64,000 nucleotides of DNA from Camelus ferus (Eukaryota). The DNA lies in assembly GCF_009834535.1 (NCBI RefSeq), contig NC_045697.1, positions 66,280,001 through 66,344,000 of the forward strand. Direction: 5' to 3'. This document shows, piece after piece, positions 1 through 12,532 of this stretch (the first letter of the stretch is position 1; every line of letters begins with the position of its first letter). Under the pieces are notes generated by a model. It ran no database searches and was not told the DNA's origin. It saw only the letters and a list, made by a program, of their open reading frames with translations. A program made the translations under genes and the position numbers.

Positions 1-1038
1 TATACTTTTTGATAGGTTGTGCCAATTTACACTTTTGTACAGTACATGAAAATCCCTATTCCCCCTACTAGCAAACTTTTGGATTTTTGCCAGGTTCTTT
101 ACCTGCACCCTTTCATTTAGTTCTCACACCAGCCTGTGAAGTAGTGGTGTTATTCTCATTGTATGGAACTGTGCTGTGAGCTCACATGGCTGGTGTGGAA
201 GGGCTGGCTTTGAAGCATTATACTGTGCTGCCTCCCTAATAATAAGCTTTGTCTTAAATTAGGTAGATTGTTTCTCAGGTTAGGTATTTAGAAGGTTATC
301 TTTTATTTTAATTGTATATGTATAAATATTTACAAACATATACAGATATACACACGACACTTCTTACAGTATATGTATAGCCACCTTGATTTTGAAAGAT
401 TAAAAATAAGTTTGTAACAATTACATATCTCTATTAAAATGCTTCAAATCCCAATTCACTAGTGAAGTTTTCCTTGTTTCTTGGCTGTGGATTTTTAAAT
501 ACCTTTATCACCGAATTCCATCTTGATTCCAGTTACTCAGATTTTTACAAGGAAGCACATATATGTAATCCAGCCTGCAAGTTTTAAGGCTTCGTGGCTG
601 GGTGAAAATGTAAATGTAAAGCATCCATGTAAAAATGTGTCTTGTAGATTTATTCTTCTTGGAGGGAAGCAGTGTTTTTCTTCCCCTCCTAATAAAGAGC
701 TAATACGAAGAAAGGAACAATATTTGAACATTGTCTGTTTTCACATTCTGGTAGCATTCTTCTATATTGAATTTGACTATCCTAGTTTATGATAATAGAC
801 TAAAGAAAAGTATTGTTTAAATACTTCCATTTTTGCTGGAAAAAAGTCCAGAAACAAATTGACACCTAAATGAAACAGACTTAATCATCACTTTGTTGTA
901 TGATTATAGAGGTGCAAATGGATTATGTACATTTTGTGGTGCCATGCCTTTAAAAGAATTTTCTGTGCTTCAGTTCCCTGGCCAACAATTTGAGCTCCAT
1001 GTTGTGATGCTGATACAACAGAACACTGTGTACATACA

Positions 1039-1059
1039 TAGGCGCCCTCCCCTGGCACA
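1039..1059 (-). promoter_or_regulatory. Candidate CTCF site
   Basis: Minus strand TGTGCCAGGGGAGGGCGCCTA matches 12/14 of the CCAGCAGAGGGCGC-type core, with the CpG retained. Motif evidence only. Confidence 0.4.
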
Positions 1060-4000
1060 GAAGAAATGCTTTCCTTGTGTAGACAGAGTGCTAATTAAAG
1101 GATTTTGAACATACTGATTAGAAGAGACTACGGTAACAAAGCTGCTGAGTTATTTCTGTTCTCTTACAAAAGTCTCTGCCATCTCCGGTGACCTTGTTGG
1201 GTCTTGTGCAGCGGGGCATGCAGTTCGTTCTGGACTGGGGAGGATGGGAACGGGAGGAGGAGGAGAGGGAATGTTGGCTTAACTGAGCTGCTAGGCTGTT
1301 GGCCTTTCATTGTAGTTATTTTTAACCCCTTGTGTGGTTCAGCTTAAACATGCCTGGTAACATTCCCTAATAAAGATGTGTGCCTAATAACCAAGTTATA
1401 TTGTGGCAGTAAGATTATTAATGTTATACCTCATCTTAATTAGTTATCTGGTTATATTTATTATGCCTTAATTATCTAAAATTGTTGTAATATATTTCAG
1501 TGATCACCAGATGATTTAATTAATAGTATCAAGAAGCAATTAAAACCTGAAAGCATGCCTGAAAAAATGTAATTTAGTGATTCTCTTATTTTAATAATGT
1601 GTATAAAATTCTTAACAAGGTCTGGCACGGTATTCTCTCAGTTGTTATTTTTTACAATTGTATGAAATTCAAAAGAAAATTATTTAGAGACTTGAAACAT
1701 CAAATCCCCCAAAATTATAGGAAACAGTAGTTATATGTGTTTTTTAATTTACAGTCTGTTGGAATTGAAAAAGAAACAAAATTGCAAGTTTGTACTTAGC
1801 TAGGAACCTGTATCTTTATTATATATAGAGTTCAGAAGTACACAATTTTTCCTCTGGTCAGGTATCATTATGTTGAACTCCAAAGGGCTGTTTATGTTCC
1901 CTTATAATACCGGAATGCAGAGATATCAAATGTATTTGAGATGAATAAGCCATTGGTTGGGACTTGAACTTTCTGTTTTCTTGAGATTTTGTTGTTACCA
2001 GCCTATGAATATATTGAATATGACTTTATTTCCAAAGCATACAAACTATAAAATTTTAACATTACACTCAGGTTTGTTCCCAGTCTCTTTTGTGTGAGTT
2101 TTGCATACTTTTTTTAGTATGTGGATTTCTAAGATAAGATTGGTAATTCTTGCAGACTTTTTGAAAATATCCTTAGATAGCTGTAACTGCCTGGTCACAT
2201 GTTATTGTCTTCAGTTTCCTAACCTTAAAATGGAATACTGTCTACTGGAGTTTGCAGGCTATCTTTTCATGACCCTGTATTTATGGAATTGCCTTGAAGC
2301 CATGGAATGTGGGAATGGGTTTCATCGTAGCAGTGTGGGTTTGTTGGTCTTTGCCAATACATTTTATAAGAAATAGGAGACGTTGCACAATTCAAGGTCA
2401 TATTTTGGCAAGTTGATGCTCCTCACGATGGAATTACACAAAGAATACTGTGTCTTTGAATTACCTTTTAAGTATAGCATCCTAAAGTTGAAATATTCTG
2501 TCTGCTGTGTGTTATTTTCTGATGTATGATATTAGAGTTTTTCCCTTAACTATCAATATTTGGATTTCCTGAAGGTAGTCTCCCAATTCTCCATAAACAC
2601 ATCTATGGTATTTCTTTAGCAGATAAAATAAGGTCAGACATTTTAATAACCAAATAATAAAGATTTTGATTCTCAAGAGTTAGGGGAGGACCAGTTGTTA
2701 CCAGGTCAGACAAGATTGGAATTCAACTTGAAAAGCAGAAGAAATGTTCCATTTCCTGGAGTCTGGGGCCCTGTTGAAGAGTATAACATAGAACAGAGAA
2801 AACACTTGAAACACATGAAAACAATTTGCTATAAATTCATTTATTCAATAGTTTAAGGACTATTTCCTAGAAGCCACTGAAGAAGAGACAGAGTAATGAG
2901 TACAAAGGTTGGGGAGAAAAGAAATAAATGCAGTACTTGACAATGTCGTAAGACCTGTCACAAGACAATATTTAATGGAATGACAGAGATACAGATAAGT
3001 GTTTCTCATTTTCAGAGGGCATAGACCTTTTGTGTTTGTTCAGGGATGGAGAGTTGGCTTCCTACAGGAGAAATTAATTAAACTGGTCCTTGAAGGATGA
3101 AATTTGAACACCTCAAAGTCAACATTTCTCTGTGCTGGTTTTCAGTGCAGAATGAAGACAGAGACTTTTCTTGCCATTGCTTGACTCTGAGTGAAGCTGT
3201 GAATATAGCTGAGTGATAGGCCAGCTGCAGGGTTTCCCTCCTAGAGGAGGGGAGAAAGAGACTTTCAGTCCTCAAGCTGAAATGGGAGAACCATCCTACC
3301 TTGAATAAATGGGCCCATTGTTAATTTTAAGCTGTTGAGTATTTTCTTTTACATTCCCTCCAGCCCAGCTACCCTGTGTTCATGCCAAGCTAGAAGGTTA
3401 ATAAAATTAGTTTGTTTAACTACGTAATGTATATTTCATATGGATGTTCACTCTCTGCTTTTAAAATGTTAATTAGCCTTTTGTCTTTTCCCACATGGCA
3501 GTTTTCTATCATTTGTGGTCAGAAGGCTCAAGAATCTCAAGATAATCCCAAAGGTGTTTTTCTAGTCTGTTATGAAAAGCTTTTTCAGTATATTTTATGG
3601 TAAATTAATAGTTTTAGAATAAGGGGGCTTTTTTTTTGGTTTTGGTTTTTCTTTTAAGTTTTTAATGGATATTGGGCATTTTGGAAAGTTATTTGTTAAA
3701 ATAAGAGGAATTTGACTGGTGTGTGAGGGTTTTTGTATCTGATAGAGGAAACAATATTGTAGAGATTGGATGAAATAAGAACAGTACTTTAGACCTAAGT
3801 AAAGGAGATTTTCATACAACCTATTTATCTACTCATGACATTTACTTACTTAACAGAGAGTACTGAAGCCTGTAGATATATTTTCAGTTATTTTTTTTAG
3901 AACTTTCAATGTAACGAGCTTGTCTTTATGATGGTTGTTGGTCAGGCTACAGTGTGGATGTACAGTTAACCAGATGTCTTTGTCCAAAACATCCTGTTTA

Positions 4001-5059
4001 CTGTAGTTCTTGCCCAGATTCTCATGTACTGCACTACCAGTCACGGCCATTTCCCCCAGTTACAACCGCATGGAGGAGAAATTTGATATGAGTTAGTTAA
4101 TCTAGAAGCAAACATTGCTCTAGGTAAAAAGGGGTTGTTTCTTTGGGGTTTTATAAGGGATACTTATGTTTCAGCCTTAGTAAGTGAGATTCTAGGTCTT
4201 CAGTTAAATTTTTGAGATGTAGAAATGTTGAGTATGTAACATAAAATTTGACAAAACAAGAACCTAGCATGTGAAATCTTAATATATGTATGGATTTGCA
4301 AATAAATGATATAATGGGAATGAAAAAATGTTCATTTGAAAAAGTAATGGCTGTGATCATGTGATCCCTAATTTAGGTATTCTAAGTGCAGAGCCACTTC
4401 TGGGAGTTCAGGTTTGGTTTTTTAATTACATAGTGGGAAAATCACTTTTATAGCATGGATACTTTGTTTTTATTGATTTTTTTTAAGGTAATAAAATACT
4501 TAGGTTTGGACAGAGCAGACAATATTGAATGAGTGTTTAAAGATAGTTTGGAAGAACTTTTTATGATATCATTAAAACGGAATCTCTCAAATTTTCACTT
4601 CCCCCATCTTCTGTCACCTTCTTACTATTTTTTCTTTCTTGTTGCATAAGTGGATTTATCTATCTATCCTTTTGTAAATACTCAGGTGTCTTTCACAGCT
4701 GAGATTGTTGCCCATTTTGTGTGATAATTACTGGAACAAAGTTCATCAACCTCATTGGCATTTAGTACTCCCAGCAGGGCTTAGCATTTGTGACACATGT
4801 CCCTGTCCAGCCTCAATGGAAGAGAGTAAAATGATCTGGGAAAGTTGATAGAGGGAATGATCAAGAACAAATTAGAGGGAAGAAGAAAAGAAAGAGGCAA
4901 TTTAAAAAAGGAAACAGTTAATTACTGGGTCAGATTTGGTGCTTGGGAAATTTTAACGCTTCATCCTCCACTCTCTTTTAAAGTTTGGTTAATTTGTACT
5001 TTTCTTTAGGTGAGACATTGATGTGAGTTGAAAGCCAAAAGATTCACTAGGGTTTAGAG

Positions 5060-5610
5060 GAAGGAGTCTCCTGTAGCCCTGCTAATCATTTCCTCTGGCT
5101 GGAAGCAACCAGTATTAGCAGTTTCTTGTGTGTACTTCCAGGGATAATCTATACAAATGTGTGAAAATACAGACATATCCTCACCAACCTCCTTTTCAAC
5201 ACAATATCCTTAAAAATATACTTTTTTTTTTTTTTTGCATTTTGTTTTTTTCACTTAACCCCACATCAGTGAATATATCTTCATTCTTTTTTAACAGGTG
5301 CACTGTGTTTGGATTTATTGTAATTTATTTAACCGGCTTCTATTGATGGACAATTAGGTTGTTTCTATCTTTTTCTTTCAGTAACACTGTAATGTAATTT
5401 TTACATGTATATGGCATTTATATGAGCACATCTGTCAGACAGATTCCTATAAATGGCATTGCTGAGTCAAAGGTCATATGCTCTTGTAATTTTGATTGAT
5501 GTTGCTGAATATGTCTAGAGGCTCTCCTGCCCACAGCAGGAGAGCCAGTTTCCTCATACCTGTGCTAGCACGTGTTTCAGCAGACTTAGATCTTTTCCAA
5601 TCAGATGGGC
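5060..5610 (-). mobile_element. Ancient L1ME-like fragment
   Basis: tattgatggacaattaggttgtttc...agattcctataaatggcattgctgagtcaaagg motifs. Confidence 0.75.
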
Positions 5611-6410
5611 CTATTTCCATCTTTCTCTTTTTTGTAAAGGCTTAATCACAAGTATTCTACAGAGGATTCTCTGTGTTTTTAAGTGGTTCATTTTTGTCCA
5701 TTTTGCATGAGAATAGACGAAATAAAAATGTGCTGACCTTCTTTAAATGGTTTCATAACTTTGGGGAGGGTAGTATTATTTGAATTTTTTCGTTTAGAGC
5801 TTTGATTAATGATTATCCTCCATCATATGTTTCCTATTTCCAAACGGATTTCCTCTCTCTTTAATATATTACTTCCAATTACATGGTGAAAGTTTTTTTG
5901 GTTTTTTTGGAGCAGTTTTTGGCATAGTGCCCTGTCATAGACTTTCTGAAAAATTAAGTAAATTACACTTAACAGATTTAAGGTTGTTACCTTTGGAGTT
6001 TCTCCAGTAGCCTGATACAGTGTGTAATTTTGAATCCTACTCTTCTCCAGCTCCCCTTAGATGATATGACAAGGAGCCTGACCATAATGAGGTGTTTGGC
6101 TTGGTCCTTGGACGTAGTAAAATTCACTGTTAGGAGCCTCACTGTTCTTTCATATCAACCTTTATTAGCCAGTGGAGTGTAACAAGTCACAACGGTTTAT
6201 AGTGTTTCATAGCTTAGTGAGTCTGGCATTGTGAAGTCATACTAATGTGTGGAATGATGTATTTCTTCATTTTTCTTCATTTGGGTGTAAGCAGCAGAGA
6301 GTGTACGTGTTGGTAACTTTGGTGACAAAAAGAGGATGCCGGGGTGTTTGTATTTTATGTGCTTAAAGATGAGGGAAGGAGGAATTTCCCTTTAGCATGT
6401 TGCTATAAAA

Positions 6411-6596
6411 ATATTTTTAAATTTTCATTATTTTTTAAATTGAAGTACAGTCAGTTACAATGTGTCAATTTCCAGTGTACAGCACAGTGTCCCAGTCATG
6501 CATATACATACATATATTCATTTTCATATTCTTTTTCATTAAAGGTTATTACAGAATATCAAACATAGTTCCCTGTGCTATACAGAAGAAACTTTT
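6411..6596 (-). mobile_element. 5'-truncated lineage-specific L1 3' end
   Basis: ttgaagtacagtc...ttccctgtgctatacag is homologous to the copies at 52.4 kb and 57.6 kb. Perfect 14-bp TSD atgttgctataaaa at 6397-6410 and 6597-6610. Confidence 0.88.
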
Positions 6597-7594
6597 ATGT
6601 TGCTATAAAATTTTAAGTATGATGAGAGGAGTTTGGAACTAGATAATGATTTGTACCATTTGTTATTTGAATTGTTTCCTTGTTAAATATTTTTTTCCAG
6701 GATTCAAAAACTGATTTAACAGTGGCCACTCTTCTTCATGATAATCATCTTGGGTGAAGTTTGATCTACCAAAAGGGGAAGCGGATTTTTAAGGACAGTA
6801 ATAATGGAATCCCATTTACCATTGATTCCATCAGGGGTTTAAGTATTGTGATTTGGTTCCGTTGAGGATCCAGTTATTAGTGCAGTATTTCTCTTATGAT
6901 TTCTGAGATATTAACTTCTAGAGATGCTAAAATTAAAAAATTTAGTAAGTTCGTATAATGCTAGCCAGAGGAGATTGCGGATATTTCTGAAAGTGTTTTT
7001 TCTTCTTGAGAAAAGGTACTGGAGGACAAATGTCCTTTAGAAAACAGAAGCTTTATTCCCTAACTAGCAGCTCTTAGAGATGTTCTGGAGAAAGAAGTTT
7101 GTGTATAAATAGAAGCATTGTTCCACATGAAGTTTTCTTGACTTTGGACATTCTCTTGAAATATCTCTATGCTACTGACTTCCACATATTTTACAAATGT
7201 TTCTTTTGACCTTTTCGTACTAGGCACTTCTGTTTATCTGTGCCTTTATTCATTCTGGAAGATTCTAGCTAGTTACTATCTAATTGTCGATGATACTTTG
7301 ATAGTTTAGCAGACAAAGGCATTTCCAAACTTCTTCAATGGCTTATTCTCGCCTAGACTGGTTCCTCATCCTCACTCAGGCTGGCACCTTGCCCAGGCAG
7401 GAATTCTAAAACCCTGCATTTAATACATTTGAGAACTGTACTGTTTGAGAACTGTAGGGCTTCATGTTACTTATTGCTTAACTCCCCTGCCTGCCATTCA
7501 GGCTGCGCATCAGCAGGCCCACTCAGTAAAACCGAGTTTATGGTCCAAGATGCCTGTCATGAACCCTGAAGTCCTTGGTCTCTTAGAAGCATAC

Positions 7595-7705
7595 TTTTTT
7601 TTTTTTTTACCTTTTTCTTTTTTTTTTAAATGGAAGTACTGGGGATTGAACCGAGCACCTTGTGCATGCTAAGCACACACTCTACCACTGAGCTGTACCC
7701 TCCCC
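7595..7705 (-). mobile_element. tRNA-Ala-derived camelid-type SINE, short-tail form
   Basis: Reverse complement reads GGGGAGGGTACAGCTCAGTGGTAGAG...TTAGCATGCAC...GGTTCAATCCCCAGTACTTCCA plus A-rich tail, with Pol III A and B boxes. Flanking 19-bp repeat ctgaag(t/c)ccttggtctctt at 7566-7584 and 7706-7724. Confidence 0.9.
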
Positions 7706-7860
7706 CTGAAGCCCTTGGTCTCTTCATTCTTCACACACAATATGTTTATTTCTTATCCCTAAAGCCCTACCCATCCATCAAGGCACATTCATATACTAGG
7801 TGCTCTTTGAAATGTCTGACTGTTCCATCCCACTGGAGTCTCTTTTCTTTCCTATATTAA

Positions 7861-8127
7861 ATAATAATAATGAAAATGCACTAACGTTTATTGAGCCCTT
7901 GTCATTGTCTAGGCCCTACTCTAGGTACTTTGCACATGTTTGATTACTTAATCTGCATAACAACCCTCTGAGGAAGTATGATTTAAAATCTCTACAGATG
8001 TACAGATAAAGAAACAGACAGAGAAGTTAAATAACAAGCCCAGAGCTACACAGCTGGTAATTAGATAAGCATAGGATTTGATACCAGTCAAACTGAGTGG
8101 TAATACTTTTAACCAGTATACTGTACT
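7861..8127 (-). mobile_element. MIR SINE
   Basis: tttattgagc...aacaaccctctgagg...tacagataaagaaacaga...gagaagttaaataac...cacagctggtaa...ggatttga. Confidence 0.85.
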
Positions 8128-9590
8128 TTCTAGGAATAGATGACAGCTTTCACTACCGACAACTAAGTTTGTGTGTGTGTTTCTTAAAGAGAGTATGCAT
8201 GCTATAGCATCAGGCTTATATAAATGGGAGTAACTGAGATTATTAAGAAAAAATATGACTAGTTTCTAAACTAATCATCAACATCAGTTAGATTTTAAAA
8301 ATGTAGCTTCTAGGCCCCAGACTTTGAATTCAGGATGTTTAGGGATTCTCTCATGCTTTTTCGATGTTTCTCATGTACCATTGAATTCCATTTTGTACAC
8401 TAATGTTTAGAAACTGCATGTAGCTTTGTTTTCTTAAAAGTATTTTTGTTATGGATCTTTTGTTATTTAGATCATTTCAGCAAAAAGATTAAGGCTAAAT
8501 TACAATGGAACTGCTGTTGACTAAATAATGTGATAGATCTACTTTTCTTCAGCTACTGGTCTTTTTGCTTTTTTTTCAGAGTTTAGTCACCATAGGTCAA
8601 ATAGTTTTTGGAAATAAATGTCAGCTTTAATAATATGTGATATCAGTCATTAGTTCTGTTTATGATGCTGTATCTTTGTGACCAAAGATTTAGAGGACCT
8701 TGAAGTTGGGACATTGCTTATAATATTTTAATACTATAAAACATAATAATGAATGTTGAACTTACTAAAGATTTCTGGAGGAATCTTTGGCCAGACCTGG
8801 TTTTGTTCTGCACCTCATTGTTAAGCTAAAGTGGTAACATTTAAGGTAAAAGGAACTGGTTACAGTTTATTTAAGGCTCTGGGCCAGAGATCAGTTCAGA
8901 TACTAGGTTTCATAGCAGTACAGTTTAAGTACATATAAATAGGTCATATACTTTGTTAAATCATGAACCTCTCTCACCAGGAAAAATCACCCCTATAACC
9001 CTGGATCTTATTTACTCAAGATCATATTAAAATTTCCAGTACATCTTTAGTTAACTGTTGACTGATGATCATAATGATGACAGGGGACAAATGGGAAGCT
9101 GGGTTGCAGTCAGTTGTAGTTGGTTCTTCTAGAATTGATTGATAGTTATCGTTAACTGATGAAATATTTTGGTTTTCTTTGTTAGTGTTAGTCAGGAGAT
9201 GCCCTAGAGGTTACTTAATTTTAATAGCCCTTTGGCTCCCAAGGGCTTCCTGTGTGTCAGCCTGAATTTGTTTTCTCTGTATTTGACTCAGCGGTTCTAC
9301 TTCTGTCCTTTAGTGTCATGCTTAACAAATGATAGCTGTCGCTCATATTACAGTCTTTCAAATAGGTGACTGACTTATATTCCCCTTTGAGTCTGGTAGA
9401 TGTTCTGTTGGAAGTCATTTCTTCAAATGTTTCTCTTCTAATAGTTTGCTTCTCTTCACTACCCTGAGTATTTGCCTTTAAAAGGAATTCAGTTTTTAAA
9501 TGTTTCTTTGTGTATGACTCGCAGAACTGAACCTCACACCTCAGATATATTAAGAGCAATGCTGAAAAAAAAAAACAAAGAGCAGTGCTG

Positions 9591-9714
9591 GGGGAAGGAT
9601 ATAGCTCAGTGGTAGAGCACATGCCTAGCATGCATGAAGTCTTTGGTTCAATCCCCATTACCTTCATTTTAAAAAAATGATGAAAATAAATGTAATTGCC
9701 CCACCCCCCAAAGA
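9591..9714 (+). mobile_element. tRNA-Ala-derived camelid-type SINE, long-tail form
   Basis: GGGGAAGGATATAGCTCAGTGGTAGAG...GGTTCAATCCCC, then A-rich/taattgcccc tail. TSD-like aagagcagtgctg (9578-9590) / aagagcaatacag (9715-9727). Confidence 0.9.
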
Positions 9715-10519
9715 AAGAGCAATACAGAAGTATAGTTATTAAGTAAGGAAACTGATTTTTGTGACTGGGTAGGGCAGGGTTTAGAACTGCCCCGGGCAGT
9801 GAACTTGATAGAATTTTCAGTTTTCTCTGTATACTTTAGTACTGTTTGGAATTTTTACAGTATGTGTGTCTTTTGTTTAAAAAGTGAAAGAAAATTAAAT
9901 CTGGCCTATGCTTTGTACGTGTGCAAACTCGGGCTTGTCTGGACATAAATGGAGGTTAGGAGAGCCTGAGAGGGGCAGGTGTTTGTGTATGTGCGTGCTG
10001 TTTGCATGACAGATCAAGGAACTTTGTGGGAAGGAATTCAGGAAACACATAATTGAGGTGTATTCAAGCTTTAGTTCTTGGAGATTTTATTATTATTATT
10101 ATCTATTATCTTTTAAGAGAGATGGATAAATTCTTGGTAGAGCAGAGCGCGTCCTTGGTATTGTCTCCTCGTGATGCCCTTCTGAATGAGTCATGCCAGA
10201 GCCATTCCAGGAGAAGGTGTTAGTTAACACATATTTGTTGACCTCTTACTGTGTACTAGGCTTGGCTATAGAGAGTGGTTCTCTATTTTCTGACCTAAAG
10301 GCACATGGAATATGATGTAGAATATAAGAAGGAACTTGGAAGCAGGTGAGGACATGTATGTAGTAATCAAACCTTGGAAAAGACCACAACAGTATGTGTG
10401 TTGACCACACAGCCTATCAGGATGGGATGGAACTTCTAGACTAGGATCTGTGGAATCCATAGAGGAGACACAGAACAGGCTCCAGTAGACAATTTGCTAT
10501 ATCTACATCTGGGCATGGA

Positions 10520-10955
10520 GCCATTTGCTCAGTATCATTATTGAGCATGTACTTTATGCCCAGTACTGGTCACGGGACTGAAAATATACAAAACAAAGTT
10601 CTTATTGTTATGGACCTTATATTCCAGTAAGAGGGGCTGTTAATTCACAAGTGTATAAATAAATAAGCAGTGTAATTTTAATAAGGTGCTGTGGTGGGGA
10701 AGGGCGTCTGGGTTAAGCGTTTTACTTAAGTTGGGCAGTCAAGACAGGCCCTACTAATTGAGGGCAACAGGATAGGAATCCAGTCATGGGAAGGGGAAGA
10801 ACAGCACTGCAGGCATAGAGAACTGTAAGTGCAAAGGGCGAGAGACAGGAGAGAGCTTGGTGTATTTAAGGAACAGAAAAGGAGGCCAGTGTGGCAGGAG
10901 TGCAGTGAGCAAGGAGGAAAGTGGAGTGAGATGAGGGAGGGGAGGTCAGCCTAGT
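10520..10955 (-). mobile_element. L2 3' fragment
   Basis: ttattgagca...gtgcaaaggg...gagagcttggtgtatttaaggaacagaaaaggaggccagtgtggc. Confidence 0.8.
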
Positions 10956-12291
10956 GTCGGAAGGAGAGCTAAGGAGGTTTAAGGTGTAGAGGAGGATGAC
11001 ATTGAGGGTGATGGTGGGACAGCTGGGGATTTGAGAGGAATTCTGATTCCTCTGGGTCAGAACCGAGCTAGGGACAGTGGGTTACTATTACTATGATTTT
11101 ACCATATCTGCAAGCTGATGTGTTTTTAAACTGGTTTTGAAAGAAATTTCAGGGGAAGAATTCCAAAATTTTTTTGAGTGAAGGAATAACCATAGCCTTT
11201 CAAGGTGGCTACCTGGAAGTAAGATACTTATTTTAATATGTTTGTTTGGAAAAGTTATTTATAAGTTATAACACAGAAATGATTATTTTCTCATTGTTAT
11301 TTGCACACTGATTACAGTTTTCTACTTTGTGTTTTAAAAAATTTTTAAATTATCACTGTTAAGGAGCAACTTGTTTCCCAGATGGCTTCTGTTTTCATTT
11401 CCTTGTGATGTTATGACCTTTTCTACTTTAGTAAGGAAATGTTGCACACACATTCAGGAGTTGTTTACAAATTATACTGGTATACTTTTGTTAGAGTCTG
11501 TCTGAAAGATAAAGTGAGTGTTAGGTCAGATATGTTGAACTGAAAAAGATTTTAACAGTGTCTATTTTTAAAAAGAATGTTTTAGCCTTTTGGTTGCCTA
11601 ATGTGCCCAATGCCAAAAGTTATGTTTTGTAGTCCTTTTATTATTTCAAGTGGAGAGAGTTTATAAGATTTAATGTTTTTCATTTCTGAGCCTTTCAGAG
11701 AGGTCACTTGAGCAGGATTAACATCTAATAAGAGAAGGCTAACAGTTGACATTTCATTAAATTCAGATTTTCATGTCTTAAATACATTGTTAATGGATAA
11801 AAGTGTTATCAATATCATGTAGCTGTAGGTCCAGACTAATAGATCATAATGCCTTAGCAAATGATGTAACTTCATACTTAAAGTCAACTTTTTATAAATT
11901 CAGGAAAAGAATGAGTTTTCCAATGAGTTTTGGGGTATATTTGCAAAATAATACTTTACAGTCAACTTATAAATATCTGTATTACATTAAGTATGACGAA
12001 ATAATATACCAGTGTAAAAGAAATGTTACTTTAGATACAGTTTTCTTAATGATTTCAAGATTTAAAGTAATGTAATAGTAATCGATTTCCAGCCTTAAAA
12101 AAAAACACTACTGGCAGATGTGATGATATCATGACAAGTGTTCAAATGTCTCTGAACATTTTATTACCAAAGCTAACACAGTAGTCTTGTATTTTTTATT
12201 GATTTTGTTTTACCATGATCCTTTAAGGTTTATGTTTTCTCCCAACATACCATTTTAAGATTATATTTCTAGTGGACAGGATTCTATGTGC

Positions 12292-12532
12292 TGTTTAGTA
12301 TAGTTATTACAAGTGCAGGCTCTGGAGCACAATGCCTGGGTGTGAATCCTGGCTCTGTAATTCACCAGCTGTATACATTTGGACAAATTACTTGACTCTA
12401 CCCCAGGTCCGTAACTCTCAAGTAGGGGAAAAAATAATATTTACATCACAGGATTCTTGAATTAAATAAATTAACACCTGTAAAGCACCTGACACATAGT
12501 AAGTACTCAGCCAAGGTTACCTAATAATAATA
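12292..12532 (+). mobile_element. MIR SINE
   Basis: ggctctggagc...tgcctgggtgtgaatcctggctctg...cctgacacatagtaagtactca. Confidence 0.85.

Noticed and set aside
7428..7456. Short direct repeats (tttgagaactgta x2; also taatttcaatg x2 at 23921-23942)
   Set aside because: Ordinary slippage duplications with no sign of function.
7631..7705. tRNA-Ala(AGC) gene (also 9591, 34151, 43423, 60154)
   Set aside because: A/B boxes and the anticodon arm are tRNA-like, but the acceptor stems are imperfect and each copy has an A tail and TSD. These are SINEs.
9257..9667. 136-aa minus-strand ORF
   Set aside because: Begins in antisense SINE sequence and continues into probable L3/L1 relics; no protein similarity recognised.
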